From: Candidatus Geothermarchaeota archaeon
Lineage (GTDB): Archaea > Thermoproteota > Nitrososphaeria > Geothermarchaeales > JDFR-13
Assembly: GCA_015523545.1 (NCBI GenBank)
Contig: WAKB01000005.1
Coordinates: forward strand, 8,897-72,896
DNA: 64,000 bases
Reading direction: 5' to 3'
Shown here one piece after another: positions 55,478 through 63,654 of the stretch; the stretch's first letter is position 1, and each line of letters begins with the position of its first letter. The position numbers and the translations under genes are program-made. Under the pieces are notes generated by a model. The model was not told where the DNA came from. It saw only the letters and a list, made by a program, of their open reading frames with translations, and did not search any database.

Positions 55478-56691
55478 CTACCCCTCCGCCTAGCCAGGAC
55501 GAGGTGGATCACATCCCTGTCATGAAGGATATAGTCCTTAGGAAGCTTGATACCAGTCCTCACATCTATCCCGTAGAGGAGATACTTCGGCAGGTCGCTA
55601 TGTATAGCAGTCGCCAGATCCACCAGAGTAGCATCACGGGGGAGGAGGAAGACGTCAGGCAGTACACGGCCCCTCCTATCACTAAGCCTCTCAACATCCT
55701 CCACAGGATATACAAACTTGTAGCCCATCACCTTGAACACCAGGGTGTTCAGGGCGAACTGTACACCAGTCCTCATGATCTTCGAGAATACGAAGCGCTC
55801 CATATACTCCAATGCCCTCTTCTGCTTCTCACTAAGGAGGTCAGGCTTCACAACCTTGAACTCCTCGGTACCGGGTACATACTCGACGAGCCCCTTCTGC
55901 TGTGCCCTCCTCAAAGCCAGCTCAGAATCGGCGGAGGCCGGGATAACAACCACATCCTTAAGATTATTACTAAGCCTCAGATAGTTCTCCTCCGCACCCT
56001 CCAAGTCTATCTTGTTAGCCACAACCACCGTCGGCTTGGATATCTCCCTAATGGTATAGGCGAAGTTCCTACTCTCATCATCAGTCCAGTCGGCGAAGGG
56101 CTTATCCTGGAGCCCCGTCAATGCAAGGGACTTCTCAATATGCTCCCTACTAACCTTGATCCCGCTAAGCACAATGTAGAGGGCCTCCACAATACCCATG
56201 GTCTTCTCATACTTCTCGATAGTGCTCCTATTACCCTCTATAATCTTATGGTACCATAGCACCAACTCCTCCTCAATATCATAGTAGTCCCCCAGCGGAT
56301 CCCCATACCCAGGCTCAACGATATTACCCTCGGCATCAATACTCCCAGAAGCGTCGACGATGTGTAGGAGGGCGTCAGACTGCCCAGCAACCGTCAAGAA
56401 CCTGTTTCCAAGCCCCTTCCCCAGGTGCGAACCCTTTATCAGTCCCGGCAAGTCATGCAGCACCACGGGATAGAAGCGGAAACCATTTATACAGATACTG
56501 TTTCTAGGCTCATCCTTCACGTTAAACTCTCGGCAGACACATGGCGACGACACATGAGCAATACCCGTATTAGGCTCCTTCGTGGTGAAGGGGTATGGCT
56601 GAACCTCAGCATTTAGAAGGGTCGCAGCATTGAAGAAGGTTGTCTTACCAGTGTTTGTCTTACCTATTATACCAATCTTAATCGTGGTCAA
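55474..56691 (-). CDS. Obg-like GTP-binding protein (YchF/DRG-related) with C-terminal TGS domain
   Basis: G1 GKTNTGKTT, G2 region FTT, G3 DLPG, G4 ANKID. C-terminal TGS-like ILHDRDVIHLV. Confidence 0.8.
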   Translation of the reverse strand: MTTIKIGIIGKTNTGKTTFFNAATLLNAEVQPYPFTTKEPNTGIAHVSSPCVCREFNVKDEPRNSICINGFRFYPVVLHDLPGLIKGSHLGKGLGNRFLTVAGQSDALLHIVDASGSIDAEGNIVEPGYGDPLGDYYDIEEELVLWYHKIIEGNRSTIEKYEKTMGIVEALYIVLSGIKVSREHIEKSLALTGLQDKPFADWTDDESRNFAYTIREISKPTVVVANKIDLEGAEENYLRLSNNLKDVVVIPASADSELALRRAQQKGLVEYVPGTEEFKVVKPDLLSEKQKRALEYMERFVFSKIMRTGVQFALNTLVFKVMGYKFVYPVEDVERLSDRRGRVLPDVFLLPRDATLVDLATAIHSDLPKYLLYGIDVRTGIKLPKDYILHDRDVIHLVLARRRGR

Positions 56692-56756
56692 ACCCTACAC
56701 CCCACCCAATGACCATAAAATTTCCCGCCATGCAAATTATTTTAACTTGAGCGGGG

Positions 56757-57683
56757 ATGGCCAACCTATCGATAAGGAGGGTGGGTGGGGGAATACTAGT
56801 AGAGTATCAAGGCGTTAAATACGCCCTCGACAAGATCCCCTCTAGGGTGGGGGCCGACTACAATCTAATATCCCACGCCCATATAGACCACCTACCCCAT
56901 AGGCCAAGGGGCAGGGTACTAGCCTCCAAGGAGACCCTCCTCCTGGCAGAGGCCAGGAGATACAGGTATAGAAACGTGGTGGAGAGTATTAGGGACGTAG
57001 AGGTATTCGACGCGGGCCACATACTAGGCTCCCGCTCCTTCCTAATAGGTGGGAAGATCCTCTACACAGGAGACATAAACACATCTAAGAGGATTTTCCT
57101 CGAGAGGTTCAGGCCTCCCCAAGCAGAGATACTTATAATAGAGGCCACCTATGGAGATCCTAGATACGTCTTCGGAGGCTTCGATGAACAGGTTGCAAGG
57201 CTTATACGATTCGTATCTAGGAACATGGTCAGAGGCGTAAACATAGTCCTGAGGGCCCACCCACTTGGGAAGCCCCAGATAATCACACATCTACTCAGAA
57301 ACGTGAAGAACCTATACGTCAGCCCAAGGGTAGCGAGGTACAACAGGATATACAGCGAGGTGCTAGGCCTAGACGGCCTCCTATATGGGGGAGAGCCACC
57401 TAGTGACGAGCCCTACGTGGTAGTGGCTGCTGGTAACGAGGAGCTGAGCCTACCCAGCAACGGCTGTGAGACGGTGGAGGCCAGGGTCTCAGGCTTCATG
57501 ATAAGGTCTAGGAGGGGGATAGCCATGAGCGACCACCCAGACTTCAACAGCCTTATAGAGGTTGTTGAGGAGGTGGGACCCAGGAAGGTATACACGATCT
57601 ACGGCTACGCATCCAGACTAGCCGAGGAGCTGCGCAGCCTAGGCTACGACGCAGAGCCACTAACCAGCAGAGATGTAGACTAG
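56757..57683 (+). CDS. Metallo-beta-lactamase-fold beta-CASP-like nuclease (resembles DNA-ligase-associated exonuclease family)
   Basis: HxHxDH as ISHAHIDHL, AGHILGS, GDIN, EATYGDP and SDHPDFNSLIEVVEEVGPRKVYTIYG. About 308 aa. Confidence 0.65.
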   Translation: MANLSIRRVGGGILVEYQGVKYALDKIPSRVGADYNLISHAHIDHLPHRPRGRVLASKETLLLAEARRYRYRNVVESIRDVEVFDAGHILGSRSFLIGGKILYTGDINTSKRIFLERFRPPQAEILIIEATYGDPRYVFGGFDEQVARLIRFVSRNMVRGVNIVLRAHPLGKPQIITHLLRNVKNLYVSPRVARYNRIYSEVLGLDGLLYGGEPPSDEPYVVVAAGNEELSLPSNGCETVEARVSGFMIRSRRGIAMSDHPDFNSLIEVVEEVGPRKVYTIYGYASRLAEELRSLGYDAEPLTSRDVD

Positions 57684-58519
57684 CCAGAGGCCTTGGAGAC
57701 CGTTCCCATTATACTCCTATAAGCAGACTCGACATCCACTTTGGGATCGAGGAAGGAGGCTGCATAGGCAGCAGCATATGCAGCAGCCTCAACAGGCTTA
57801 TGACCCAGCTTGAGGAGGTAGTGGCTGAAGACGTATAGGAAGTAGTCACCCACGCCAGTGGGGTCTGGGGCATCCACCCTATATGGAGATACTGTATATA
57901 CCTCATCCCCAGTCTTCACCTTGAACCCATCCCCCCCAGAGGTGTAGAGATAAACATCAGCCTCAATACCCAGCTCCCAAGGGGGGCTGGAGACATCCTC
58001 TACAGAGGCCTTGACCACAGAGAACCTAACACTCCTCAACCCCTCTAGTGACCCGCCCATTACAACCCTTCCTCCATCCACACGCCTAGCGAATCCCTGG
58101 AGATCAATCACTACGGGGAACACACCTGAGAGGGAGGCTGGAACCGAGGGGGACACCTCACCCAGGACTGGGGAGACTATGATAAAGTCGGGGGAGACTA
58201 GGGAGGCTATCCTCTTCGCATAGACCGGGTCCAGTGTATACCCGCCTCCATCGACCTCCTGCCTCCTCATATCACCGCCATAGATATTGGTGAAGCGGAG
58301 ATTCCTCCTCCGGGAATCCATGTCTAGGAACGTTATGCTTGGCCCCAGAGCCATGGAGAGGTCGAAATCCATACCCACTGGGGATAGAACCGCGTAGTCA
58401 TCACCCAGGCGCTGGGCCGCCATACCGGCATAGTGGGGAGGCCCACCTACACCAAACCTATGCACCTCGCCAGAGACTATCACGTCATATGTATAGCCAC
58501 CGATTATCAGTGTATCCAT
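57680..58519 (-). CDS. PfkB-family carbohydrate/nucleoside kinase
   Basis: C-terminal ATP/anion-hole motif DPTGVGDYF and an N-terminal GG region (LIIGGYTYD). It shares a CTAG convergent stop with the beta-CASP gene. Confidence 0.7.
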   Translation of the reverse strand: MDTLIIGGYTYDVIVSGEVHRFGVGGPPHYAGMAAQRLGDDYAVLSPVGMDFDLSMALGPSITFLDMDSRRRNLRFTNIYGGDMRRQEVDGGGYTLDPVYAKRIASLVSPDFIIVSPVLGEVSPSVPASLSGVFPVVIDLQGFARRVDGGRVVMGGSLEGLRSVRFSVVKASVEDVSSPPWELGIEADVYLYTSGGDGFKVKTGDEVYTVSPYRVDAPDPTGVGDYFLYVFSHYLLKLGHKPVEAAAYAAAYAASFLDPKVDVESAYRSIMGTVSKASG

Positions 58520-58537
58520 AGTAAATGCCCCGGGACA

Positions 58538-59032
58538 CTACTTCTCATCCGCATCAAACTTTGAACCCTCAATAATCTTCAACCCACTCTCAGAGTCATC
58601 AACCTTGATAACCTCATCCTCGAATACAAAGATAGTGTACTCCACCACCGCGCCAACCTTATTACCCTCCTCCATCATGTGACCCGTATAGGAGGAGCAC
58701 TCGTCACCTAGAGAGACGTGAATATGGATCACAGGCTCACCATCATACTCAGCTATAAAACCGTTACCCGTCATCTCAAGGAGGCCATCGAACTTCAGAG
58801 GCAACTCCTCATACTTCTTCTTTTCCATATCGTAGTATCCAAGCTTTGCCTCGGATAAGGCGCCAAGTAGCACTATGCTACCCCCACGTATTCTTAACTC
58901 CTTAGCGATCTTCTTCAGCTCTGGAATTACGTCTTCACCCTTTCCTATCCTGCCATAGATAACTTTGACTATCTTGGTTTCGTCCGCCGTAGTATCTGTT
59001 ATTTTATTAGTTTTATCGTTTCCGTTGCTCAT
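58538..59032 (-). CDS. PPC (DUF296) domain protein
   Basis: LLGALSEAKLGYYD...LEMTGNGFIAEYDGEPVIHIHVSLGD...TGHMMEEGNKVGAVVEYTIF fits the PPC/DUF296 pattern. Confidence 0.65.
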   Translation of the reverse strand: MSNGNDKTNKITDTTADETKIVKVIYGRIGKGEDVIPELKKIAKELRIRGGSIVLLGALSEAKLGYYDMEKKKYEELPLKFDGLLEMTGNGFIAEYDGEPVIHIHVSLGDECSSYTGHMMEEGNKVGAVVEYTIFVFEDEVIKVDDSESGLKIIEGSKFDADEK

Positions 59033-59044
59033 GAATCTATATTA

Positions 59045-59074
59045 TTGACACATCCACTGTATTAACTGTGTCAA
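59045..59074. repeat. 8-bp perfect inverted repeat TTGACACA-N14-TGTGTCAA overlapping the rhomboid stop codon
   Basis: Read directly. It sits in the 38-nt gap between the rhomboid gene and the PPC-domain gene, so it may be an RNA hairpin/terminator or a protein-binding site. Confidence 0.3.
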
Positions 59075-59775
59075 TATCCCCTCCAGCGGTATCCCCGATA
59101 TACTATCAGCTCCCTATACCTCTCCGTCCTCAGCCTCACCCTACCGATATTCTTAAGCAGTAAGCCCAGCACAACCCCGAAAACAAAGCCGCCAATATGG
59201 GCCCAATAGGCCACTCCGAAGCCTGCGGGCCTGAATATGGAGACCATTCCATAGAGGAATTGTATGACGAACCAGAACCATATGTAGTGTATAGCTGGGA
59301 TCTCGTAGATCATGATGAAGAAGTAGAATACCGCAGTCACTATCCTAGCGAAGGGAAAGAAGATGATATACATCCCCAGAACACCCGAGATCGCCCCTGA
59401 GGCACCTATCATAGGGATATAGGGATTACCCGGGACGAGGCTCTGGGTAATCGCCGCCGCTATGCCTGAGGATATGTAGAACGCAAGATAGTTGAGGTGG
59501 CCAAGGGCGTCCTCAACATTATCACCGAAGATCCATAGGAAGAGCATGTTACCCAGCAGGTGGTGTAGATCCCCATGTAGAAACATCGAGGTAATCAGAG
59601 TCTCAAGCCTCTCACCAGTGAAGAGGTATATAGGCTTGAACCCCCACTGATCCACTATGAGGGGATAATCCTCCCTGAAGAATGTGAGGAAGAATATCGC
59701 GACATTCAGGACGATTAGGGACTTTGTAACTATAGGCCTAGTCTCACTGGGATTTATGTCTCTAAGGGGGAGCAT
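59071..59775 (-). CDS. Rhomboid-family intramembrane serine protease
   Basis: HGDLHHLLGNMLFLWIFG, catalytic GASGAISGVLG (GxSG) and AHIGGF (His). Six TMs. Confidence 0.9.
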   Translation of the reverse strand: MLPLRDINPSETRPIVTKSLIVLNVAIFFLTFFREDYPLIVDQWGFKPIYLFTGERLETLITSMFLHGDLHHLLGNMLFLWIFGDNVEDALGHLNYLAFYISSGIAAAITQSLVPGNPYIPMIGASGAISGVLGMYIIFFPFARIVTAVFYFFIMIYEIPAIHYIWFWFVIQFLYGMVSIFRPAGFGVAYWAHIGGFVFGVVLGLLLKNIGRVRLRTERYRELIVYRGYRWRGY

Positions 59776-59814
59776 AAAATAGAGTCATCCACCGTCATAA
59801 CTAAAAAATGGGGG

Positions 59815-60447
59815 TTACAGCCTCCAAACAATCCTGAGACCATTATCGATCGTGACGTAGGGAGGTTGTGGATCCCCAATCAATAGGCTACACCTCCTCG
59901 TAGACCCGATCCTAAGCCGATTACCATCCAAGTATAGCGTGACTGGGCATCCACCATACAGCCTAAACAACTCCTCGATCGGATATCCATATTCCCTGAC
60001 AAGTGTTATCGACCCCCTGCTGTAGGGCCTCCCCCTGATTAGTATCTTCCCAGCCCTCTCGATGAGACCCAGTAGATAGTCCCTATCCACCATCACCGGC
60101 ACCAGGTGGTTCGAGAGTGTCACTGGATCAGTCTCCACACCACTTATAAGGAGCTGAGCCTCCCCCTCACTATCCAACAGTACAGTGGGGTCCCTAAGTA
60201 CGGCCCTAACCAGTATCCCACCCCTCAGCTTGTCATAGACATGCCGTGAAGGCGTATATAGAGGTGAGGCGACGCCCCTCCCCACAGCCATAACCCCGAA
60301 CCCGTTATAGGCACCGTTCCTCACAAGCACCTTATACCCGTCCAAGAGTTCCTCCACCCCCTCTGTAACGATGTAGGGAGGCCTATCCAGCACCGCTACA
60401 AGCCTGGGCTCTCCAGTGATCAGCTCCCTAAGGTCAGTAGGCGCCAA
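59815..60447 (-). CDS. Hypothetical soluble protein (about 190-210 aa), last gene of the RecA/KaiC-like cluster
   Basis: ORF only. Start is TTG 60447 (28-nt overlap with the upstream gene) or GTG 60393. No motif recognised. Confidence 0.45.
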   Translation of the reverse strand: MAPTDLRELITGEPRLVAVLDRPPYIVTEGVEELLDGYKVLVRNGAYNGFGVMAVGRGVASPLYTPSRHVYDKLRGGILVRAVLRDPTVLLDSEGEAQLLISGVETDPVTLSNHLVPVMVDRDYLLGLIERAGKILIRGRPYSRGSITLVREYGYPIEELFRLYGGCPVTLYLDGNRLRIGSTRRCSLLIGDPQPPYVTIDNGLRIVWRL

Positions 60448-60716
60448 AGAATCATCACCTCCCTCCTAAAGAAGTAGATGATCAGTAGGACGAGGATCAT
60501 CGCTGGGGGAACCTCGATCAGAAGCGCTATAAACGCGCCTAGGAGGACATATATCGTGGTCGTCCTCATCATACCGGGATATCTATGGACGAGTATCGGT
60601 GAGCTCAGCAAAGCAATGATGAAGAGCATAGCAGCAGCCAGGTCAGAGACCAGGCTGATAGCCATGGAGGCCATGTAGCCAGCGACGACTACCTTAATCA
60701 GCCTCCCCATCCACAT
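60420..60716 (-). CDS. Small 3-TM membrane protein (about 96-98 aa)
   Basis: The ATGs at 60716 and 60710 lie inside the last 17-23 nt of the upstream ATPase gene (TAA at 60696-60694). Three hydrophobic helices. The track's longer N-terminal extension is rejected. Confidence 0.5.
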   Translation of the reverse strand: MWMGRLIKVVVAGYMASMAISLVSDLAAAMLFIIALLSSPILVHRYPGMMRTTTIYVLLGAFIALLIEVPPAMILVLLIIYFFRREVMILWRLLTLGS

Positions 60717-61674
60717 CCTGTGTAAACCCCCTCTCATCAAGCCTGAGCCTAAGCCTCCACCCAGCCTCGGGCATGTGTGGAGCCCTATACCCAATCACTT
60801 CCCGATAACCATCCTTCTCCAGCCTCATGTAGAGCACATATTTGAATCCATAGCCCACCGCTGAGCCGCCGTAGAAGGAGTGGTAGTTCGTCGTGGGATT
60901 CCTAGACTCGTGGTTAGAGACGAATACTATCAAGTCATGGCTAGAGGCGAGGGTGCCCAGCGAGTGAAGCATCACATTTAATATCGCTGCCCTGGTCGGG
61001 AAGTCCTGTAGATGGAAGATATAATTCTTCATGAGGCCGCCTAGGCTGTCGAGGAGTATAAACTTGACGCCGGCACTCCTTATGAAGTTGGCCAGGGGAG
61101 ATGTCTCAAGATCGGTCGTCCTGTCCATGGAGGCCTCAATCTTCTTACTACCCACCTTGACGCTGCTCTTCATTCCGAGGATCTCAGCCAACCCCTCAAC
61201 GCCCGAGACCTCATATACGTATATAGCCCTATCCACAGCCCTCTCCGGCCTAAGCTCCACCTGTGGAAGGAGATATTCGAGAACTCTCCTGAGATAGGTC
61301 TCATCTACCTCCATCCCCAACTCCCCGAAGACATCCATCATAACGTTTCGAATGTCGTTCAGATAGCGCCTCTTACCACCCTGCACCCTATACTTCTCCT
61401 TCGATAGCCTAACCATCTCCACCTCTACACCGAACCTCTTTGCAAAGCGCTCCATCCACGTCTTGGAGAAGTTATTGTAGAAGCTATGCTCAGAGTCCAG
61501 CACCAATGCGGAGCCAAACCCACTGGAGACCCATTCATAGAGGATCTGTAGAGCCAACAAGCTCTTACCAGTCTGGTACCTACCATAGATATGTATCATG
61601 CTGGAGGGCGCTACTCCACCCATGAAGACCTCGTTAAGCCTAGGGATCGAGTTTATAAGGAGCCTCCTACTCAT
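60694..61674 (-). CDS. RecA-superfamily (KaiC/RadA-paralog-like) ATPase with large insertion between Walker A and B
   Basis: LINSIPRLNEVFMGGVAPSSMIHIYGRYQTGKSLLALQ (Walker A GxxxxGKS), ALVLDSE, Walker B-like KFILLDSLGG and LIVFVSNH. The ATG at 61674 overlaps the stop of the upstream gene (ATGAGTAG). Confidence 0.65.
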   Translation of the reverse strand: MSRRLLINSIPRLNEVFMGGVAPSSMIHIYGRYQTGKSLLALQILYEWVSSGFGSALVLDSEHSFYNNFSKTWMERFAKRFGVEVEMVRLSKEKYRVQGGKRRYLNDIRNVMMDVFGELGMEVDETYLRRVLEYLLPQVELRPERAVDRAIYVYEVSGVEGLAEILGMKSSVKVGSKKIEASMDRTTDLETSPLANFIRSAGVKFILLDSLGGLMKNYIFHLQDFPTRAAILNVMLHSLGTLASSHDLIVFVSNHESRNPTTNYHSFYGGSAVGYGFKYVLYMRLEKDGYREVIGYRAPHMPEAGWRLRLRLDERGFTQDVDGEAD

Positions 61675-62833
61675 CACCCTCCACCTCCCTAAGAAGACCC
61701 ACACCCTTAGCGGTCAGCCTATAGACAGGCCTGGGACGCCCCACCTCACGTCTTAGGTAGCCATCCCTCCACAGCCTCTCTAATAGGCTATAGACAAGCC
61801 TCCTCTCAACACCAGGCATATGGATATAGACACCGTCTGCAGTCAGCTCCCCATAGCCCGATATTATCCCTAGGATCCTGGCAACGATATCCCTATGCAG
61901 CTCTAGATAGTCAGACCCAGCCCCCGACTCAGGGGTCTCGTGATATGATGAGCCCTGCTCTATAGGGGTCTCCCCATCAGAGTAGGCCGGCTCAACCCCA
62001 ACAAGGGCATCCCCATCCCACGCCACATACCTAGTCGGATACGACTGGTCAGCAGAGTATGCATATATCTCCCCCAGCCTAGCAAGGCCCTGCTCAGCCA
62101 CAACGACGTTGAAGAAGGGTATTACCCTATGATCCAGCCTATTGCTATGGACCAGAACCCGGTGCTCACCGAGGCTCCAGAGTATGTAGTCATAACCTTT
62201 TAGGAGAGGGTCACCATCCATCAATATCTGCCCAGCCCCATCCCCAAGCAGAAGGCTGAAGACCAGCTGTGGAATAACCAGCCTAGCCCAGGGACCACAG
62301 CCCGAGTACCTAACCACGATAGACTCATCACTAGGTAGCGAGACCGTCTCTGCCGGTGGCTCCAAGACACGCCCATCAGTATTCTGGACCACCATACCCA
62401 GGAGCCTATGGAGCTCTATATAGCCAGCCTTCTCGATACCGCCAGTCTCCTCAGCCCTCTCACCAGCCACCTCGTAGAGCACATGTAGTGAGGGGTCGTC
62501 GTACTCCCTCCTAACATCCCCGACCAACACTGGGAGAACCAGCATCCAGTACTGCAGCTTCATACCCAATGCCCTAACAAGGATGTAGAGACTATTCATC
62601 AGCAGCTCGGGCCTCATAAGAAGGTCTAGACGTATATCGAGGCCATACTCAAGCACCAGGCCGCCCTTATAGACACCCCGTGGATCATGGAGAACCATAC
62701 CACCTAGAGCGCTGAAGACCTCACCTACAAAGTCGCTGCGATACCTACCTACATAGAGAACCGCACCCCTGAGGAGCCTATCCGCTCCACAGTCCCACCT
62801 AACACCTTCGAAGACACACTCCATCAGAGGCAC
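61667..62833 (-). CDS. Two-domain protein: degenerate RecA/KaiC-like N-terminal domain plus C-terminal winged helix-turn-helix
   Basis: AVLYVGRYRSDFVGEVF aligns with the neighbour's IHIYGRYQTGKSLLALQ but lacks GK[ST]. GLVLEYG parallels ALVLDSE, and RVLVHSN parallels LIVFVSNH. The C-terminus VERRLVYSLLERLWRDGYLRREVGRPRPVYRLTAKG is PadR/MarR-like wHTH. Start is GTG 62833 or ATG 62824. Confidence 0.5.
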   Translation of the reverse strand: MPLMECVFEGVRWDCGADRLLRGAVLYVGRYRSDFVGEVFSALGGMVLHDPRGVYKGGLVLEYGLDIRLDLLMRPELLMNSLYILVRALGMKLQYWMLVLPVLVGDVRREYDDPSLHVLYEVAGERAEETGGIEKAGYIELHRLLGMVVQNTDGRVLEPPAETVSLPSDESIVVRYSGCGPWARLVIPQLVFSLLLGDGAGQILMDGDPLLKGYDYILWSLGEHRVLVHSNRLDHRVIPFFNVVVAEQGLARLGEIYAYSADQSYPTRYVAWDGDALVGVEPAYSDGETPIEQGSSYHETPESGAGSDYLELHRDIVARILGIISGYGELTADGVYIHMPGVERRLVYSLLERLWRDGYLRREVGRPRPVYRLTAKGVGLLREVEGDE

Positions 62834-62848
62834 CCGCTCATGCGGGTG
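62831..62848. repeat. Perfect 7-bp inverted repeat CACCCGC-tcat-GCGGGTG spanning the predicted transcription start and GTG codon
   Basis: Read directly. It lies between the TATA box and the ATG at 62824, and could act as an operator or as a 5'-end RNA hairpin. Confidence 0.3.
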
Positions 62849-62856
62849 CGGAAACC

Positions 62857-62866
62857 CCTTATAAGG
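62857..62866 (-). promoter_or_regulatory. Putative TATA box (palindromic CCTTATAAGG) of the four-gene RecA/KaiC-like cluster
   Basis: AT core TTATAA lies about 25-28 nt upstream of GTG 62833 and 35 nt upstream of ATG 62824, the expected archaeal promoter geometry for a leaderless or short-leader mRNA. Confidence 0.4.
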
Positions 62867-62882
62867 AACACGGCCCCTTCAA

Positions 62883-62902
62883 TTTGCAAAAACTTTTGCA
62901 AA
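62883..62902. promoter_or_regulatory. Two copies of the 8-bp palindrome TTTGCAAA (62883-62890 and 62895-62902), 12 bp start-to-start, just upstream of the TATA box
   Basis: Read directly as aaTTTGCAAAaactTTTGCAAAgag. The position upstream of BRE/TATA is typical of archaeal activator or autoregulator sites. The first gene of the operon encodes a wHTH. Confidence 0.3.
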
Positions 62903-63023
62903 GAGCCTTGGGTGTCAGCACCTATCTGCTTTCATCGCCCTGGGCTCAAACCTTTCGAGCCTCATCATCCACATAAACTATACCATCTTAAATTCAGATT
63001 GGCTGGGCATCTATATCTATGAC

Positions 63024-63602
63024 ATGGGGAGACCCACAATCTACGTAGTCACAAAGTCCCCCGGGAGGAGAGAAGCCCTCGAGAGGCTGGGATTCAGATT
63101 TGAATACATAGGCATCGACACCCCCGAGACAGTTCTCAAAGACCCGATAGAGACAGTCCTCATGAACAGCATCCTAAAGTCGAAGGAGGCCGCTAAGATA
63201 GTAGATGGATACATACTCACCTTCGACACAGTGGTCTACATCGACGGCGAGATACTGGGGAAACCCAAGAGCAGAGACGAAGCCATATCAATGCTAGAGA
63301 AGCTCTCCGGCAGGGGGCACTGCGTCTATACAGGGATAGCCCTACACACAGGAGAGGAGATAGAGACAGACTATGGAGAGGCCCGTGTATGGTTCAGGGA
63401 GCTTGGGAGGAGAGAGATAGAGTGGCATGTAGAGAGGGAGGAGTACTGGAGATACGCCGGGGGATACAGGATACAGGGGCTGGCATCACTCTTCGTCGAG
63501 AGGATAGAGGGCGACTACTACACTGTAGTCGGTATACCACTAGCCAAGATGATCACTATGCTTAGGAAGGCCGGGGTAGAACCCCTGGAATATATCGAGT
63601 AG
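63024..63602 (+). CDS. maf: Maf-like nucleoside-triphosphate pyrophosphatase
   Basis: SPGRREALERLG, FDTVVYIDGEILGKPKSRDEA and YAGGYRIQG motifs. Confidence 0.88.
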   Translation: MGRPTIYVVTKSPGRREALERLGFRFEYIGIDTPETVLKDPIETVLMNSILKSKEAAKIVDGYILTFDTVVYIDGEILGKPKSRDEAISMLEKLSGRGHCVYTGIALHTGEEIETDYGEARVWFRELGRREIEWHVEREEYWRYAGGYRIQGLASLFVERIEGDYYTVVGIPLAKMITMLRKAGVEPLEYIE

Positions 63603-63654
63603 CCATGTACCTGGGTTAAAACCCATGGGAGACCATATATAGATGTGCATAGAG

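Noticed and set aside
55504-56259. 251-aa ORF antisense to the GTPase gene, the longest shadow ORF in the window
   Set aside because: The GTPase strand has G1/G3/G4 motifs and a TGS domain in the correct order. The antisense frame has no start-site signals or motifs. The absence of stops is explained by the AGG/CTC/CTA-rich codon usage of the sense strand.
38713-57683. Treating ligase, Lhr, MPE and the beta-CASP nuclease as one operon-like repair island
   Set aside because: The genes lie on different strands and are separated by many unrelated housekeeping genes. Only the Lhr-MPE overlap is true physical coupling, and the ligase looks like the replicative Lig1.
60717-60794. N-terminal 26-aa extension of the small membrane ORF (track start 60794)
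   Set aside because: The extension (MGIGLHTCPRLGGGLGSGLMRGGLHR) overlaps the ATPase gene by 100 nt and is Gly-rich junk. Internal ATGs at 60716 and 60710 give a normal short overlap.
62840-63022. 60-aa plus-strand ORF in the gap between the cluster and maf
   Set aside because: It runs through the promoter elements (TATA, TTTGCAAA palindromes) of the divergent cluster. It has no SD or TATA of its own, and its composition is unremarkable.
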